DNA of 59,820 nt, counting the filler, from Basidioascus undulatus (Eukaryota): NCBI GenBank assembly GCA_000826855.1. It is 5 parts of 5 records of this genome, joined end to end, with 100 filler letters (N's around TTAATTAATTAA, not from the genome) between each part and the next. Parts side by side here need not be neighbours in the genome. Positions count along the whole stretch, not along the records: positions 36,310 to 44,097 come from JTLS01001494.1; positions 44,198 to 51,959 come from JTLS01001495.1; positions 52,060 to 59,820 come from JTLS01001496.1; 2 more parts are not named here. One strand, 5' to 3'. The translations under genes and the position numbers were made by a program. The first letter of the stretch is position 1. Every line of letters begins with the position of its first letter. Below are positions 40,901-53,480 of the stretch, piece by piece. The notes beneath the pieces are model-generated. The model searched no databases, was not told where the DNA came from, and was given only the letters and a program-made list of their open reading frames with translations.

Positions 40901-41569
40901 ACCAGCGTCGTCCTCCGGAGCGACAAGACGAGCTCTCCCGCTAGACTGCAAAGAGCTTTCTGGGTGAGTCCTTCGCTTAGGGTAGAATTTAGGACATAGT
41001 CAAAAGACCTTTTGGTACTCATACCCTCCCCGTCAGCCGTGTCTAGCGCCCTAGCCGGAGCAGTCGCGATTCTCCGTCCTCGGTCGAGCGCATCCTTCAA
41101 AAAACCTGTTCGCTTGTGAAACTCCAAGACTGAGCGCACCTTGCTCGCTCTTGCGCTTGGATCTCTTGAATATATAATCGGCCAAGAGCCCTATCAAGCA
41201 CCCCTAAGTAACTATTTTGGATGCCACCGTGCTGAATCGTGTCGTACCGATAGCTCCCCCAATCTGACCTCCCTCTCCCAGCTCAAAATATCGCTGTGCA
41301 CGACTCGAAGGCGCCCCCGATTCGCTCGTAACACATCTTCTCTCAAATTCGCACCCAATTGTCGCTGGACGTTAATTTTGGTGAGCCTGTTCCCGGCATG
41401 CGTAACTTAAGCACAGTCTCCGGTGCACTGAAAACGACTTTTATTTGGCGCCCACAAAAAGGCTGCCCGGCCCTGAGGAAAAGGTGGGCTTCCCCGTTCG
41501 ATGCGTGACTCGCGGAGTCGCACATACACACCCACCCTCATCATTACCCTCACACTCACATAATCCAAC

Positions 41570-44097
41570 ATGCCGAGCGTGCATATCGACAAGGCCGACC
41601 TTTTCGAGCGCCTTGGGCGCCAATACAGTGCGTCCGGGCGCTTTCGCCCGCTCGGCCCGGGCACTGACAACGCGGGGTTCTGTTCGCAGCGACCGAGGAG
41701 TTCGATGAGCTGTGCTTCGAGTTCGGTATCGAGCTGGACGAGGACGTACGTGTGGGAAGAAGTGTCTGGGCTGGTCGGGGCTGATTTACAGCTGAGGAGA
41801 TGTAGACTACGGCGGACGTGGAGGAGGCGATCAAGAAGGGGCTGCCGGCCGAGCGTCCGGTGAGTTGCAGCGTCTTCTTTCCCTTTCTCTGAGCCTGCTG
41901 ATTTCCTTGCGAATATTCTCCTCAGCAACTGAAAATCGACATTCCGGCCAACCGCTACGACCTGCTCTGTATCGAAGGCATCTCGCGCGCGCTGCGCATC
42001 TTCCTCGAGCAGCGGCAACCACCCGTGTACAAGCCGCTGCCGCCGAAGGAGGAGGGGAGGAGGGTGCTGAGGATTCTGCCGGAGGTGAGTTGGGGACTAT
42101 CTGGAGGATGGTGGACCAAATCCCGGCGGTTAGGGCGGTGCGGGCGGACATAAAGGCTGGGGAAGGTCACTCGGAGGGGACATGACGGGAAGGGACAGGC
42201 CCGCCGTCTCGTAGCGAGGATCCTTGCAGGATGCTGATATTTCTCCTTGACAAACTTAGACTGCCCAAATCCGCCCCTACGCCGCTGCCGCCATCCTCCG
42301 CAACGTGCACTTCACCCCGCGCTCGTACGCGTCCTTCATCGACCTGCAGGACAAGCTGCACGCCAACCTCTGCCGCCGCCGCGAGTTTGTCGCCATCGGC
42401 ACGCACGACTATGACACCCTCGCGCGCTCGGGTGACTTCACCTACGAGGCGCGCAAGCCAGAGGACATCAATTTCGTCCCTCTCAACCAAACTAAGAAGA
42501 TGAACGGGCGGGAGCTGATGGAGTTCTACGAGGTGGGTCGCGGCTCGAGCGATAGGAGCAGGAGGATCGGGTTGGCTGTCGGAGGGTCAAGGGGCGGCTG
42601 GGGGTTGAAGCTGACATTTGGGCGTGGCGTGCAGAATGACAAGCACCTCGGCCGCTACCTCCACATCGTCTGCGACTCTCCCGTCTACCCTGTCATCTAC
42701 GACTCCAACGGCATTGTCGCCTCCCTTCCCCCCATCATTAACGGCGACCACTCCAAAATCCGGCTCGAGACGACGAACGTCTTCATCGAATGCACGGCGA
42801 CGGACGAGACCAAGTTGGCCATCGTTCTCGACATCATCTCGAGCATGTTCAGCGAGTATGCCTCGGACGAGTTCAGGTGGGTCTGCTCGGGTGGTGGTCG
42901 GGCGTGCGCCGAAGTTGACAGCGGTCATTCGGGGCAATGCAGCATCGAGCAGGTCGAGGTCATCTACCCCAACGGCGAGAAGCGCCTGACGCCGTCGCTC
43001 GAGCCGCGTCTCACGACCGCGCGCGTCTCGTACATCAACGCCTGCACCGGCCTCTCCCTCTCCCCCGCCGAGATCAGCAAGCTCCTGACGCGCATGGGCC
43101 TCTCCACCACCCCGAGCCCGACCGCGCCGGACGAGCTCCTCGTGCAGGTGCCCGTTACGCGCCCGGACATCCTCCACGAGTGCGACATCATGGAGGATGC
43201 GGCCATCGGCTACGGCTTCAACAAGCTGCCGCGGACGTTCCCGAGCAGCAACACTGTCGCGCAGCCGTTCCCGATCAACAAGCTCAGCGACATTGTGCGG
43301 AGAGAGATCGCGATGGCGGGCTGGGTGGAGGTGTGTTTCGCAGCATACCTAGCGTTGTGGAAGTCCACGCTGATGTTCGTTTTTAACAGGTCTTGCCCTT
43401 GATTCTCGTGCGCTGCTGTTGATTCATTGCCGTCGCGCTGGCTTGGCTGACGCTTCGCTTCGCGCAGTGCTCTCGCGACGAGAACTCCACTTTCCTTAAC
43501 CAGCCCGGCGCGCTGGAGGAGGCCGTGCACCTCGCGAACCCGAAGACGCTCGAGTACCAGGTCGTCCGCACTTCGCTCCTTCCGGGTATCCTTAAGACTG
43601 TCCGGTTCGTTCCTCACGCGACCGCTCATTTTCGCATGTAGCTTACCTCTGAAATCCATGCAGCGAGAACCGCGCCCACTCTCTCCCGCTCAAGGTGTTC
43701 GAGTCCTCGGACGTCGCGCGGCGAGCACCCGACCTCGAGCGTCGGGCGCGCAACGAGCGCCGCGTCGCGGCCGTGTACAGCGACAAGCGCGGCGCTTTCG
43801 AGGTCGTCCACGGCTTGCTGGACCGGGTCATGGTCGCCCTTGGCATCCCGTTGATCGACAAGGACAGCAAGACCCCGTACGGGTACTGGATCGCCGAGAG
43901 CAACAGTGCGTCGACTCCGTTTTCGCTTTCGAATATGAAACTATTGCTCACTGGTACTTTGCTTGCAGACCCCACCTACTTCCCTGGCCGCGCGGCCGAC
44001 ATCTTCTACCGCCCTCCCCCGAAGTCCACCACCTCCGGGGAGTCGGACGTCGCGCCTTCCGCAGCCACCTCGAAGACAACGACCGCCTCCGCCTCTC
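41570..44097 (+). CDS. FRS1: Cytosolic phenylalanyl-tRNA synthetase beta subunit (3' truncated)
   Basis: [125 protein letters not shown]. Confidence 0.97.
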
Positions 44098-44197
44098 NNN
44101 NNNNNNNNNNNNNNNNNNNNNNNNNNNNNNNNNNNNNNNNNTTAATTAATTAANNNNNNNNNNNNNNNNNNNNNNNNNNNNNNNNNNNNNNNNNNNN
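44098..44197. other. Artificial contig linker
   Basis: 44 N + TTAATTAATTAA + 44 N. Confidence 0.98.
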
Positions 44198-44262
44198 ACT
44201 GGGAATCGAACCCAGATCCTTGGAATCAGAATCCAATGTACTAACCGTTATACTATCCAACC
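44198..44262 (-). tRNA. tRNA-Gln(CTG), intronless, 3' acceptor strand cut by the contig end
   Basis: Reverse complement: GGTTGGA TA GTATAACGGTTAGTAC A TTGGA TT-CTG-AT TCCAA GGAT CTGGG TTCGATT CCCAG T. The D, anticodon and T arms all pair. Confidence 0.9.
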
Positions 44263-45379
44263 GGTTGATCACGAAGTAATTTGTTTATATACCACATCAA
44301 TGCGCAAGAACGCGAGAAAGCAGTGCCGCTATGTGCCCCAGGCGAGGGCATGAGCGGACTAATAAAGGGCAAGGAAGATCCTTATATTTTTCAAGCATAA
44401 TTTAGCATCGTACCGGTTCATAACTGCGCAAAGGGTGTTGGCTCATGCGCAGGCTTGCCGTTCTGCAATGCCAGCGACTACTGAGTCTTTATTGTTATGA
44501 GGAGGGAACCACCGTATGATTACTCGTACAACACGATAAAGTTACTGGGTCTATTCCTGTTTCGGGTCTAGGGTTAGTTGCGTAACAAGGGGACGTGCCG
44601 CAGACATCCCCACTGAGCATCGTACCAGATGGGTGTACTTGCGCAGTGCGAACACCAACAATGTTAATCGAATAGAAAGCTGAACTTGGCGTGGTGTAAT
44701 ATTCCAAAAGAATGATTCCACAATTTATATGGGACAGCTCGTGTGGAGGACTTGGGAAAAAGTTGTGCTGTTTCCTGGGTGTCACCTAATGAACAAGCGC
44801 TTCAGGCCAAGAAGTGAGGTGCGGCAGGAAGCAAGCCAAGCTGAGCCAGTCGTCCTCCCAACATCCCCCTGAAATCAATAAAGAGCCAAAAACATGTTGG
44901 TGCATGCTTACTTGCAATGTTCAACCGAAGGTAATCCATCAGGTGTACTGTGAAAGCTGCTGAGTGCAATTTGCAAGCTGCTGTATCACACGGAAGACAC
45001 ACCTTCTTCAGCTTTTCCGGGACAACTACAGATTGAAGCAACTCAGGATAGCAACCCAAGACTAGCAGCTCAGAGGCTGAACAGGGTGAGGAGGCTAAGG
45101 GCACCGAAACAAGAGGGTGCCGGGGAGAAGTATGGCACTTCTATGCTGGACCTGAACACACTGGACCTGAACACACCCCCACCACGTCAATCAGTGATAC
45201 AACCACGTAACGAGCAATATGGTCTTAAGTGATGGAGATCACACACTCTTCTTCACCACTAGTTATAGACGATCTGCGCACGCTGCTCCATGTGCGCGTC
45301 CCCCCGCATACCAGAAGGCTTTCTCATACACATTGCTTTAACGCAGCACAAGGTTCAAAGCGTGCGTCTATGATGGAAT

Positions 45380-47279
45380 TCAAGAAGGCGTCCCCGACCC
45401 TTCCGCTCCAGTTTCCTCCGCTCGCCCAACCAACCCTCTCGCCCGCCTCACAAGTCCCGCTACGCCTTCGCACCATCGCAGCTCGTCCGCCCTGGACGTC
45501 TCGAAATCGTCTAGCACCTGCTTGGCGGTACTGAGGATATACGGGAGAGGCGGGTGGAGGGATGGCGGCGCGGGAGGGAACGGAGGCGGGCTGGAGGCAG
45601 AGGTTGCGGTCGGGGAAGAGGTGTCGAGCGCGATAGAGCTCACGGGCGGGGAAGAGTCGGCGGGAGAAAAGGTTGAGGAGAGCGCTTGGAGGAGCATCGA
45701 GAAGAACGTGTGCCATCCCCTGATAAAGACGCGTCAGCTCTGAGCGTGTGTGCTGGGCTGGAACAGAGTTGGAAGGAACGCACCATCCCGCGTCCTTTAC
45801 ACACAAGTCTTGTACCACGGCGGACCATTCCCTCTCCCAATCCTCCCCGCCCGACTCTTTGAGCATCTCTCGAACGTCCGCGAGCGACTCGGAGACAGTG
45901 GAAACCTCGACCTTCATAGCGTCGTAGAGCTCGAGGAGGTTCACCGAGTTGGCCCAGTTGTGGTTGATCGATACTGTGTGCAATTACGCAGTTAGAAATT
46001 TGGGAGGAAGTGGAAGACTACTACCCACTGCAATCGGTCAGGTTTTCGACCTGCGTTAACGTGATACGGGTGAGTAAGTATATGTTGATCATCCCTGGCC
46101 AACAGAACAGCGTACTTGATGATACCAGTTGCTAGGCACGAATATCGTCTCCCTCGATTCCACGCGATCGCCTCAGAACCTGTTAGCTTTCGCACACGAC
46201 CCCGCTTCAGCCAACAAACCCACGCACCCTTCCTCCTGCACGACGACTATGCACGCCTCGTGCGCCTTCTCGAAAGACCTCCACCTCGTCTGGTCGACAT
46301 CGCGGACGTCGTACGCGAGCTCGCCCGCTGGGCCGGACGAGGAAGAATCGGAGTGGAGCAAGGGTATGGACGAGGGCGGGAAGAGACGCCATATTTTGCG
46401 GCCGAAGACGTTCGTTGACCAGGAGTAGCTGCGGTCTATGTGTGGAGTGTGGGAGGGCATTATAGTTAGTGAGCGCTGATAAGCGTAGGATCATGAAGAG
46501 GTACTAGACCTAGATTGACGGACAAACATCACGGTGTAGACCGGTCCACGTTCCAGCTGAGCCGGCGTACTGCACCCGCAGACGTAAATAAGTGGAACGG
46601 CCTGACCACGCTCGCGGCCGGCCTTGTAAGCTTACAACAAAGCGGAAATCGTCGTTAGTGTGGGCGGTGTAGTACCTATCGATGTCAAATTGAATGCCGG
46701 TGAGCGAAGATATCGGGGGCACAGCAGCAGCGGTCGCCCTTACCCATTCAGCCAGTCATCCTTGAACAGGTCGGGCGTCTCATAAAAGGGCTCGTGCGCT
46801 TCAGGAGATAGATCACCCTTCTCCTGAGCAAGTTGGAGTGCGAGGTGCCAGTCCTTGACGTAGACCTTCTCTCCGCGGACAGGCCCGTCTTCGTCCCCAG
46901 GCGCCCAGTGACGCTCCATCACCTCCCGCAGAAGCATCTCTTCCCTCCGCTGGTCGCTGAAGTCTCGCTCGTCGCAAAACGCGACGCTCACACGCTGGTC
47001 GCCATACAGCTCTGTCAGGCGAGCGAAGATCGAAGACGACGGAGGCGGAGCCCAGAGCGTGCGCGCGCGCCAGGAGGCCGTGAGCTGCGGCCCGATGAGG
47101 CACGGGGTGTTGGTGAGGAGATGGTGTTCCTGGTGAGTGGTAAGACGAATGAGCTACGCGAAACTGATAGCTGCAAAGGTTCGAGGATGTACGAGGAAGT
47201 CGGTGTAGGACAACCTGTTATGATACCGTACGCCTCGAGAATGAGCAGAGTGTTCCACGGTGAGACCAGGTTCGGCCAT
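45380..47279 (-). CDS. JmjC 2-oxoglutarate/Fe(II) oxygenase, JMJD4-like
   Basis: YVKDWHL, FYETPDLFKDDWLN, DDFRFVYAGSAGTWTGLHRDVYRSYSWSTNVFGRKIWRLFPP (HxD), ETIFVPSNWYHQV, TVSINHNWAN. This is the motif series I recall for the JMJD4 family. Confidence 0.88.
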
Positions 47280-47861
47280 GAACAATAGTGATCGATCCAA
47301 CGACACAAGAGATCGGCGGTGAAGAGCAGCGAGCTGCCGAAAGGTGAAAAACAGGTTGATCGTCGAAGGAAGACGAGCCTCGCTCCGAATTGTTCTGTCG
47401 CTGATTATGTTTGGCGATCAACGATCATCGCCTACACTCGCCCTACCTTCCCCTGGTCACGCGTCCGCATCTTGCTCTTTCTCACCGTCTCACACTTTTC
47501 AGTGCTGTCTGGTGTTCACTCGGATATTCACAGGCACGACATGCGGTCCGCAGGGCATGTGCCCCAGCTCGGCGCGATATCGAGCCGTACTGCTTATCCC
47601 CGCTGTTCGCCTGACCCTCTCGCCGCTGCCTTTTCATGCTCCTTCATCCTGCTGACAGCCTCACGGGAGCAACGCTAACGCCAGGCACACATGGCTGACC
47701 AAAAACGTAGGCTAGGAACGGGCCGATCAGACCTGAGCTGATCGACAGTTATCTTTCGAGGCCCGAGCCAGTTTCGCACCGCTCACTACACCCGCTCATA
47801 ACGTTTCAATCGCATTCTCGTTTCTTACATTCGCCACTTCGCATACGTGCTATCGAGCCCA

Positions 47862-49452
47862 ATGAGTCGCCTACTCGCACGCTCCAACGTCATCAACCGC
47901 TTCCGCTCTTTCACTCCTGTCGCCCGAGCAGCCGCAACCTATCTCCCGGCTTCGCGCACCCTCACCTCTACCTCTGGGCGCTTGAGTGCCTCTGTCAACA
48001 CACCTCCGAAAATCATCGGTGTCGAAGCCGCTATTCGCGCCGCCTCAGACCCTTCCTTCCCCGTCAAGCCCGAAATCTTCGATGAGTTCAAGATGAGCGG
48101 CAAGGTTTGTTGTTCGACCGGCTTCCTCCCTTCTGTATTCAAGTGCTGAACCATGACCTTTAGGTTGCTGTTGTCTCGGGAGGCAACGGCGACCTCGGCC
48201 TGGAGATGTCGCTGGCGCTCGCCGAGGCCGGCGCGACGGTGTACGCGCTGGACCTGCCCTCCACGCCGTCGCGCGACTTTAACGCCGTGCAAGAGTACGT
48301 GCGGCGGCTGGGTGAGGGAGACGGGCAGGCGAGAAGCGTCCAGTATCGGCAGGTGGACGTTACGGACCAGGCGGCGGTATGGAAGGTGTTTAGGGAGATC
48401 GCGAAGGTGTGTGGCGCTGCGCGAAATGCAGGAGGTGCTGTAAGTGCTCATCTTTTGGATGGATGCGGGCAGAATGAGGGAAGGATAGACGCTACAATTG
48501 CGGCGGCGGGTATTCTGGGTGGATACAAAAGCACGGAATACCCGGCAGAGGCTTGGGAGAAGATGGTACATCTGTCCTGTTCTTCCCTACTGCTCATAGC
48601 TCGCAGTTCTCCTGCAACGCGCGCTGAAAGCCTTTCTGTCCATCCCTCTTGACAGATGGCAGTCAATACTGTGAGCCCCTTCCGCGACCTGGATACTTCG
48701 CATTACTCACCTCCATGCTTGCATTACTCACCTCCATGCTCATGTCCGTCCCGCCAGTCCGGCGTCTTCTACACCGCCCAAGGTGCCGCACGCGAAATGA
48801 CGCGTCTGTCCATCCCCGGCTCTATCGTCCTCGTTGCTTCGTGCGTCTAGCGAGTGTTTTCTTCCTGTTCTTCCGGTACCTATCTCACGCCCCGCCGCCG
48901 CCGCAGAATGTCCGGGTCCATTACCAACAGGGACCATGCCTGGACTGGGTACAACACGTCGAAGTCTGCGGTGCTCCAGATGACCCGCAGCCTCGCGTGC
49001 GAATGGGGTACAAGGGGGATAAGAGTAAACTCGCTGTCTCCTGGTGCGTCCTTGCTTGTTTCATATCAGCCGAGACAGACGTGTGTCTGACGCTGACCGC
49101 CCGGGATGCACTCGACAGGCCACATCTACACCAAAATGTATACCTTTCTCTTGTACCCCTTCAGCATCTTATGTCTGATGAATTTTCCACTGAACCTCCA
49201 ATAGGACCGCCAAGTTCCTCGACACTCAGCCGGGACTCGCCGAGAAGTGGTCGAACCTGAACCCGATGGGGCGCCTGGGGAAGGTCCACGAGGTTCGCGC
49301 CGTCGCGGTCTGGCTCGCCAGCGATGCCAGTAGCTTCTGTACCGGGAGCGAGTACGTCCCGTATTCTCGGCGGTGGCGCAAAAGCTGCTTTGCTGATAGG
49401 CGAGTATTCTTCAATCAGTATCATGGTTACCGGTGGGCATCACTCGTGGTGA
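47862..49452 (+). CDS. Short-chain dehydrogenase (D-arabinitol dehydrogenase / sorbose reductase-like) with a mitochondrial-type presequence
   Basis: [34 protein letters not shown], catalytic [46 protein letters not shown]. The N-terminus is Arg/Ser-rich and lacks acidic residues. Confidence 0.92.
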
Positions 49453-49817
49453 ATGGGTGCCAGCGGTGCGGGTTGAGGTAGTTGCAGTGGTCATTGCGTT
49501 CATTCCCTTCCGGTAGCGTGATCGTACTCTTATCTTGGACCTTTTTTTACTCTCCTGAATGTGAAACACGCATGACATTACGTCCGCTTGTGGAACGCTG
49601 ATATACAAGACAATGCCGCATCACCACGTCGGCTCGCCCTTATGACACGCACAGGATTCTACTCTTGCCTGACTCAGCGTGTGAGAGCTTACACCTCTGA
49701 TTCCCGCCAACATCCTCTCCTACATCACGACGCTGACGCTACCACTCGGCTGTTCGCTTCGGTACACTCCGTGCCGCTTCTTGCCGAATGCCTGTTCCCA
49801 GCACGCCCGCGCGATCA

Positions 49818-51535
49818 TTAAGTAACTCCCCACATGGTCTTCTCACTCTGAATATAAATTCTCACCATCTCATCCACCAGCTTGATAGCAACGTCGCCCA
49901 TAATGAGCATCCGCCAGACCGAGAGCGAGACGGTTAGCCTGTCCTCCGTTTACGCCTCTTCAATGAGCTTACCAGCGCTCATTCCATCTAAGCTAGCTCT
50001 AACGTACCCTACTACCAGTACGAGTGTGACGACGACCCTTTCCGTAACGCCGCTCACAGGTCGGCCTTGGTAGAGGAACGCAAAGAACGTCGCCACTTGC
50101 ATTCCGGTTCCGTTCAGGCATTTGCTGAGCGTGTGGATGGGAGACGACGGACCGAAGAGGAGGGTGCTCCAGCTTTCCCAGACGATGGGGATGGAGAGGA
50201 GGATGGGGAACGCGACGGGATGGTCCATTGCTAGAGAGCTGAAACATCAGTTGAAAGTGAGAGGGGACTGCCTGCTGCACAGTGGGCTTACAGTATCTCT
50301 GCCCCAAGCCCCCACGCTTGGTTGCCATTCATATGGAATGTATTTCATATGGAATGTACTCCACTAATCTACGCTCACCTTGATTATCTTCGAAGGAATC
50401 GGCTGTCCGTCCCCCACTCATTTCAATCACCGCCAGCTTCATCACCGCAAAGCTGAAACGCCCTCACCGACAACCTCCACGCCAGCGCCGTACCCGTAAT
50501 AAGCCCCCAAAGCGCGCAGAACACCGCCGCAAATGCAAGCAATCGGGCCGGGCCCACGCTCTGGTCCGAGACGAGGAAAGCGTTGCTTGCACTGCGGGTA
50601 CCGCATTCTCAGAGATATCAGTTTCCATGCACTACGCATGGGCGAAGAGGGTGCACCCAAGCATGAGCGTGCTGATCACGTTCAGGGCGAGGAACTCTTT
50701 GGCTCTGGGTGAGGTGTAAGAGGTAAATGGGCGGTGGGAGAAGAAGCGGCGGAGCGACGCACTGCTTCTCCTTGAAGATTGCCCAATTCAGGACCTGCTG
50801 CTTCTCTTCCTTTGCCATCGTCGGCCGGACTGTCCGGCGGATGTACTCGGTCTTCCCACAGCCCATCCAGGCCGTCTCAGGATCTCTCCCACATCGAGTT
50901 AACTTCTCAATCAGCATCAGACGCACCGGGTACCTGTACGTGCACACACCGCACCAGCCCGCCTGAAATCAACAGCGCGAACGAAGGGCGTTTTAGTGCT
51001 CTCGACGCGCCCCAAGAAAATTAGGCGGGACCAGGCAAAATGATACCAGTTCTGCCCTCTCATCGTGAGCTCCAGGCACCTTCTCAGACAAGGCAGACCC
51101 GCACCTCCCACCTCAGCGGCATCGCAATATGACTGGCCACCCTCGACTTCGCGCCCGCATGAGGGAGGAGGTACCTATCCCCCCGCCCCCACCCCCGCGA
51201 CCTCTCCATATTAAAAAAGACCGAAGGGCATAGCCGGACTGGACTGACCGGTATTCATTATCCTCAGCCTTCACCACCTCCCCTCCGCCGTCGTCTTCGA
51301 ACACGTCGGGCGGGGGGAAGCGCGCGTCGGGTAGGTCGGCGGAGGGGATTTTCGAGACGGGCATTGGTTGGTGGGTAAAGGGTTGGGGGGGTTGGTGGAG
51401 GGAGGGATGAGAAGGGGAGAAGGGTGGACTGCAGGGGAGCGCAGTGCCTGCAGCCTGAGAAGCGAGTATGAATGTGTCATCGGCAGAGTCTGAATCCTCG
51501 GGTCGTCGCGTCGGGGTTGGAATGTCGATCTCCAT
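49818..51535 (-). pseudogene. Disrupted membrane-protein gene, possibly a RING-CH (MARCH5-like) E3 ligase relic
   Basis: Fragments WCGVC, AWVHPLRPCVVH* and YPQCK are followed by hydrophobic segments (GGVLRALGAYYGYGA; VAFPILLSIPIV; VVVTLVLVVGY). In-frame TAA at 49950-49952, plus frameshifts. Confidence 0.3.
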
Positions 51536-51959
51536 GTTGCGAAAACATAAACAGACACAAAAGCGTAACAGTGTCTAAGTAGTGGACCCACAGCGTTTCC
51601 CCTACGAGTGTCACTCAACTGCATGCAAAGCACCGCCGCACAAACGCATCGCAATATTCCGTACTATCATGCCTCAACCCCACAGCGGCAAATCGAAAAA
51701 GCAGCAATCTACAAATCGAGCCCCCATCCCTCTCTCTGCCCGCTCCCCCATCCGCCCATCCGGCTCAGCGTCTCCTCGACCCCCCCTTGATCGGCTTCCA
51801 AAAGACCTGCTTCGTCGATCCGGCACGCGCGGCGCCGCGCGGGAGGCGGACCATGCTCCCCAGATTTGCGGCGCGTGCCGCGTCCGGGTCGTGCGCCGGG
51901 TTGTAAAAGAAAAGGTCTTGCAGGGGCGCGCCGGCTGCGTCCTGTGTGTGTGTTTGGGG

Positions 51960-52059
51960 NNNNNNNNNNNNNNNNNNNNNNNNNNNNNNNNNNNNNNNNN
52001 NNNTTAATTAATTAANNNNNNNNNNNNNNNNNNNNNNNNNNNNNNNNNNNNNNNNNNNN
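51960..52059. other. Artificial contig linker
   Basis: 44 N + TTAATTAATTAA + 44 N. Confidence 0.98.
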
Positions 52060-53145
52060 CGGCGGGTGGGCGGTGGTGTGGGGGAGGGGAAGACACACCT
52101 TGTCGACTGAATGACTTTCCACAACTTCCACCGCCGTACCACAGCCCAAAAGTCCACCATCAGCATGAATATACTATTTGAATCCCCATCACGCTCCCCG
52201 TCGTAAAGGAAAGGGACTGCAGAGGCGTTTCTGCGAGGAAGCTGGGAGCTGGTGGGGGTGAGGTGGGGGTCTGACAGATGCGCGACTCCGCGTCCCCCAC
52301 TCGCCCCCTTTCCCCTTCCCCACCCTTCGCCAACCGCTCAAACACTCACCCTGGATGTGTGCATGGGTGTCTTTCCGTGCTCGGTTTCCTGCCCATCTCG
52401 GGCGATAATTGCTGGGGCTGGGAGCTGGGAGTTGGGAGGAAGCGCGCGGTGCGGTGGGGAGATGGTGGGGTTCGGACGACCGAGGGCGCGAATTGTCGGG
52501 CCGCTGGCCGCCCTGGCGGAAGCAGGAGACCACGCTGTTGGAAGACTGACTTGGCGGTAAGGATCAACACATAAAAGACGCTGCGCTGCGATGCTTGTAT
52601 CATGCATATGTATCAGGAAGCTGGACCCACTGGATTTCCCGGTTTCCAGATGTTGAAGCTGAGTCGGTCAAACATGTCGTATGTGGGTTGAGACCAGGTG
52701 CTCGACCATCACCTCGCAAATCATTCCTTCGTGCAAGGAGATCTTTGGCCAACTTCATCTCCCCTAATCTATTAAACCTTCGACTGCACCACTTGCCTAG
52801 TGGGCAGCACCTGGGGCTGCTTCTGGTCCCATAACTGAAAAGGCATAGGTACGTAGCGCTCTTGCACTGCTCCCTCACTATCCCACCCTCTCGCTCCATC
52901 GCTGGGTTGGCGTTCATGTTTGTCCAACATTAATGAGGACTCAAGGTTCTATGGAAATCATTGTGCTTTTTTATACCCGTTCCAATCGAATATCCTGCTA
53001 GCGCCGGCAACCAAAGGAAGGCCAGCGGTTGCTTGACCTTGGACCGGCGGAAAGCCTTGCAGGCCATGCGGTACTACCAGTCCGAACCTGCGATTTGAAG
53101 TTAATACATTCCAAAACAAGGATTCTCAAATGTTAAATCCCCGCT

Positions 53146-53480
53146 CATGCCGCCGAGTCGAGCACCATGAGGCACCCCCCCATTCAGCTCGACAAAGGCG
53201 CGTCCGTCCCTAATACTTACAATTCTCAGGGCCCCAGTCCCTCTCTCTAGTCCAGCAAAAATCAACGCACCCAAACAGCTGCTACTCCACAGCGGGTTTC
53301 AGCACTGCACGACCGCCCCGGAGTGCCGCCTCCGGCCGTGATGATGTACAGCGGCTTGCCCTCCAGGACCTGCAGGCGCTGTTCGACGACTTCCAGAGCC
53401 TGCGACAAGGAGAGGCCGAGCAGGTCGACCTCGCTATCGGGACGGCCTATGTTTCTTTCTGCAGGCCGTTCCGGACGTTG
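53146..53480 (-). pseudogene. Smr (small MutS-related) domain relic
   Basis: ERNIGRPDSEVDLLGLSLSQALEVVEQRL...LYIIT, then in shifted frames GRRRHSG and AVLKPAVE*. This matches the Smr pattern DLHGL..EA...ITGxGxHS...LKPAV, with His changed to Leu, frameshifts and a stop. Confidence 0.6.

Noticed and set aside
42085..42260. Unusually long (about 175 nt) FRS1 intron as a snoRNA host
   Set aside because: No C box (RTGATGA) and no convincing H/ACA structure visible.
41570..47279. Apparent translation cluster FRS1 - tRNA-Gln - JMJD4
   Set aside because: FRS1 is separated from the others by an artificial linker, so the adjacency is not genomic.
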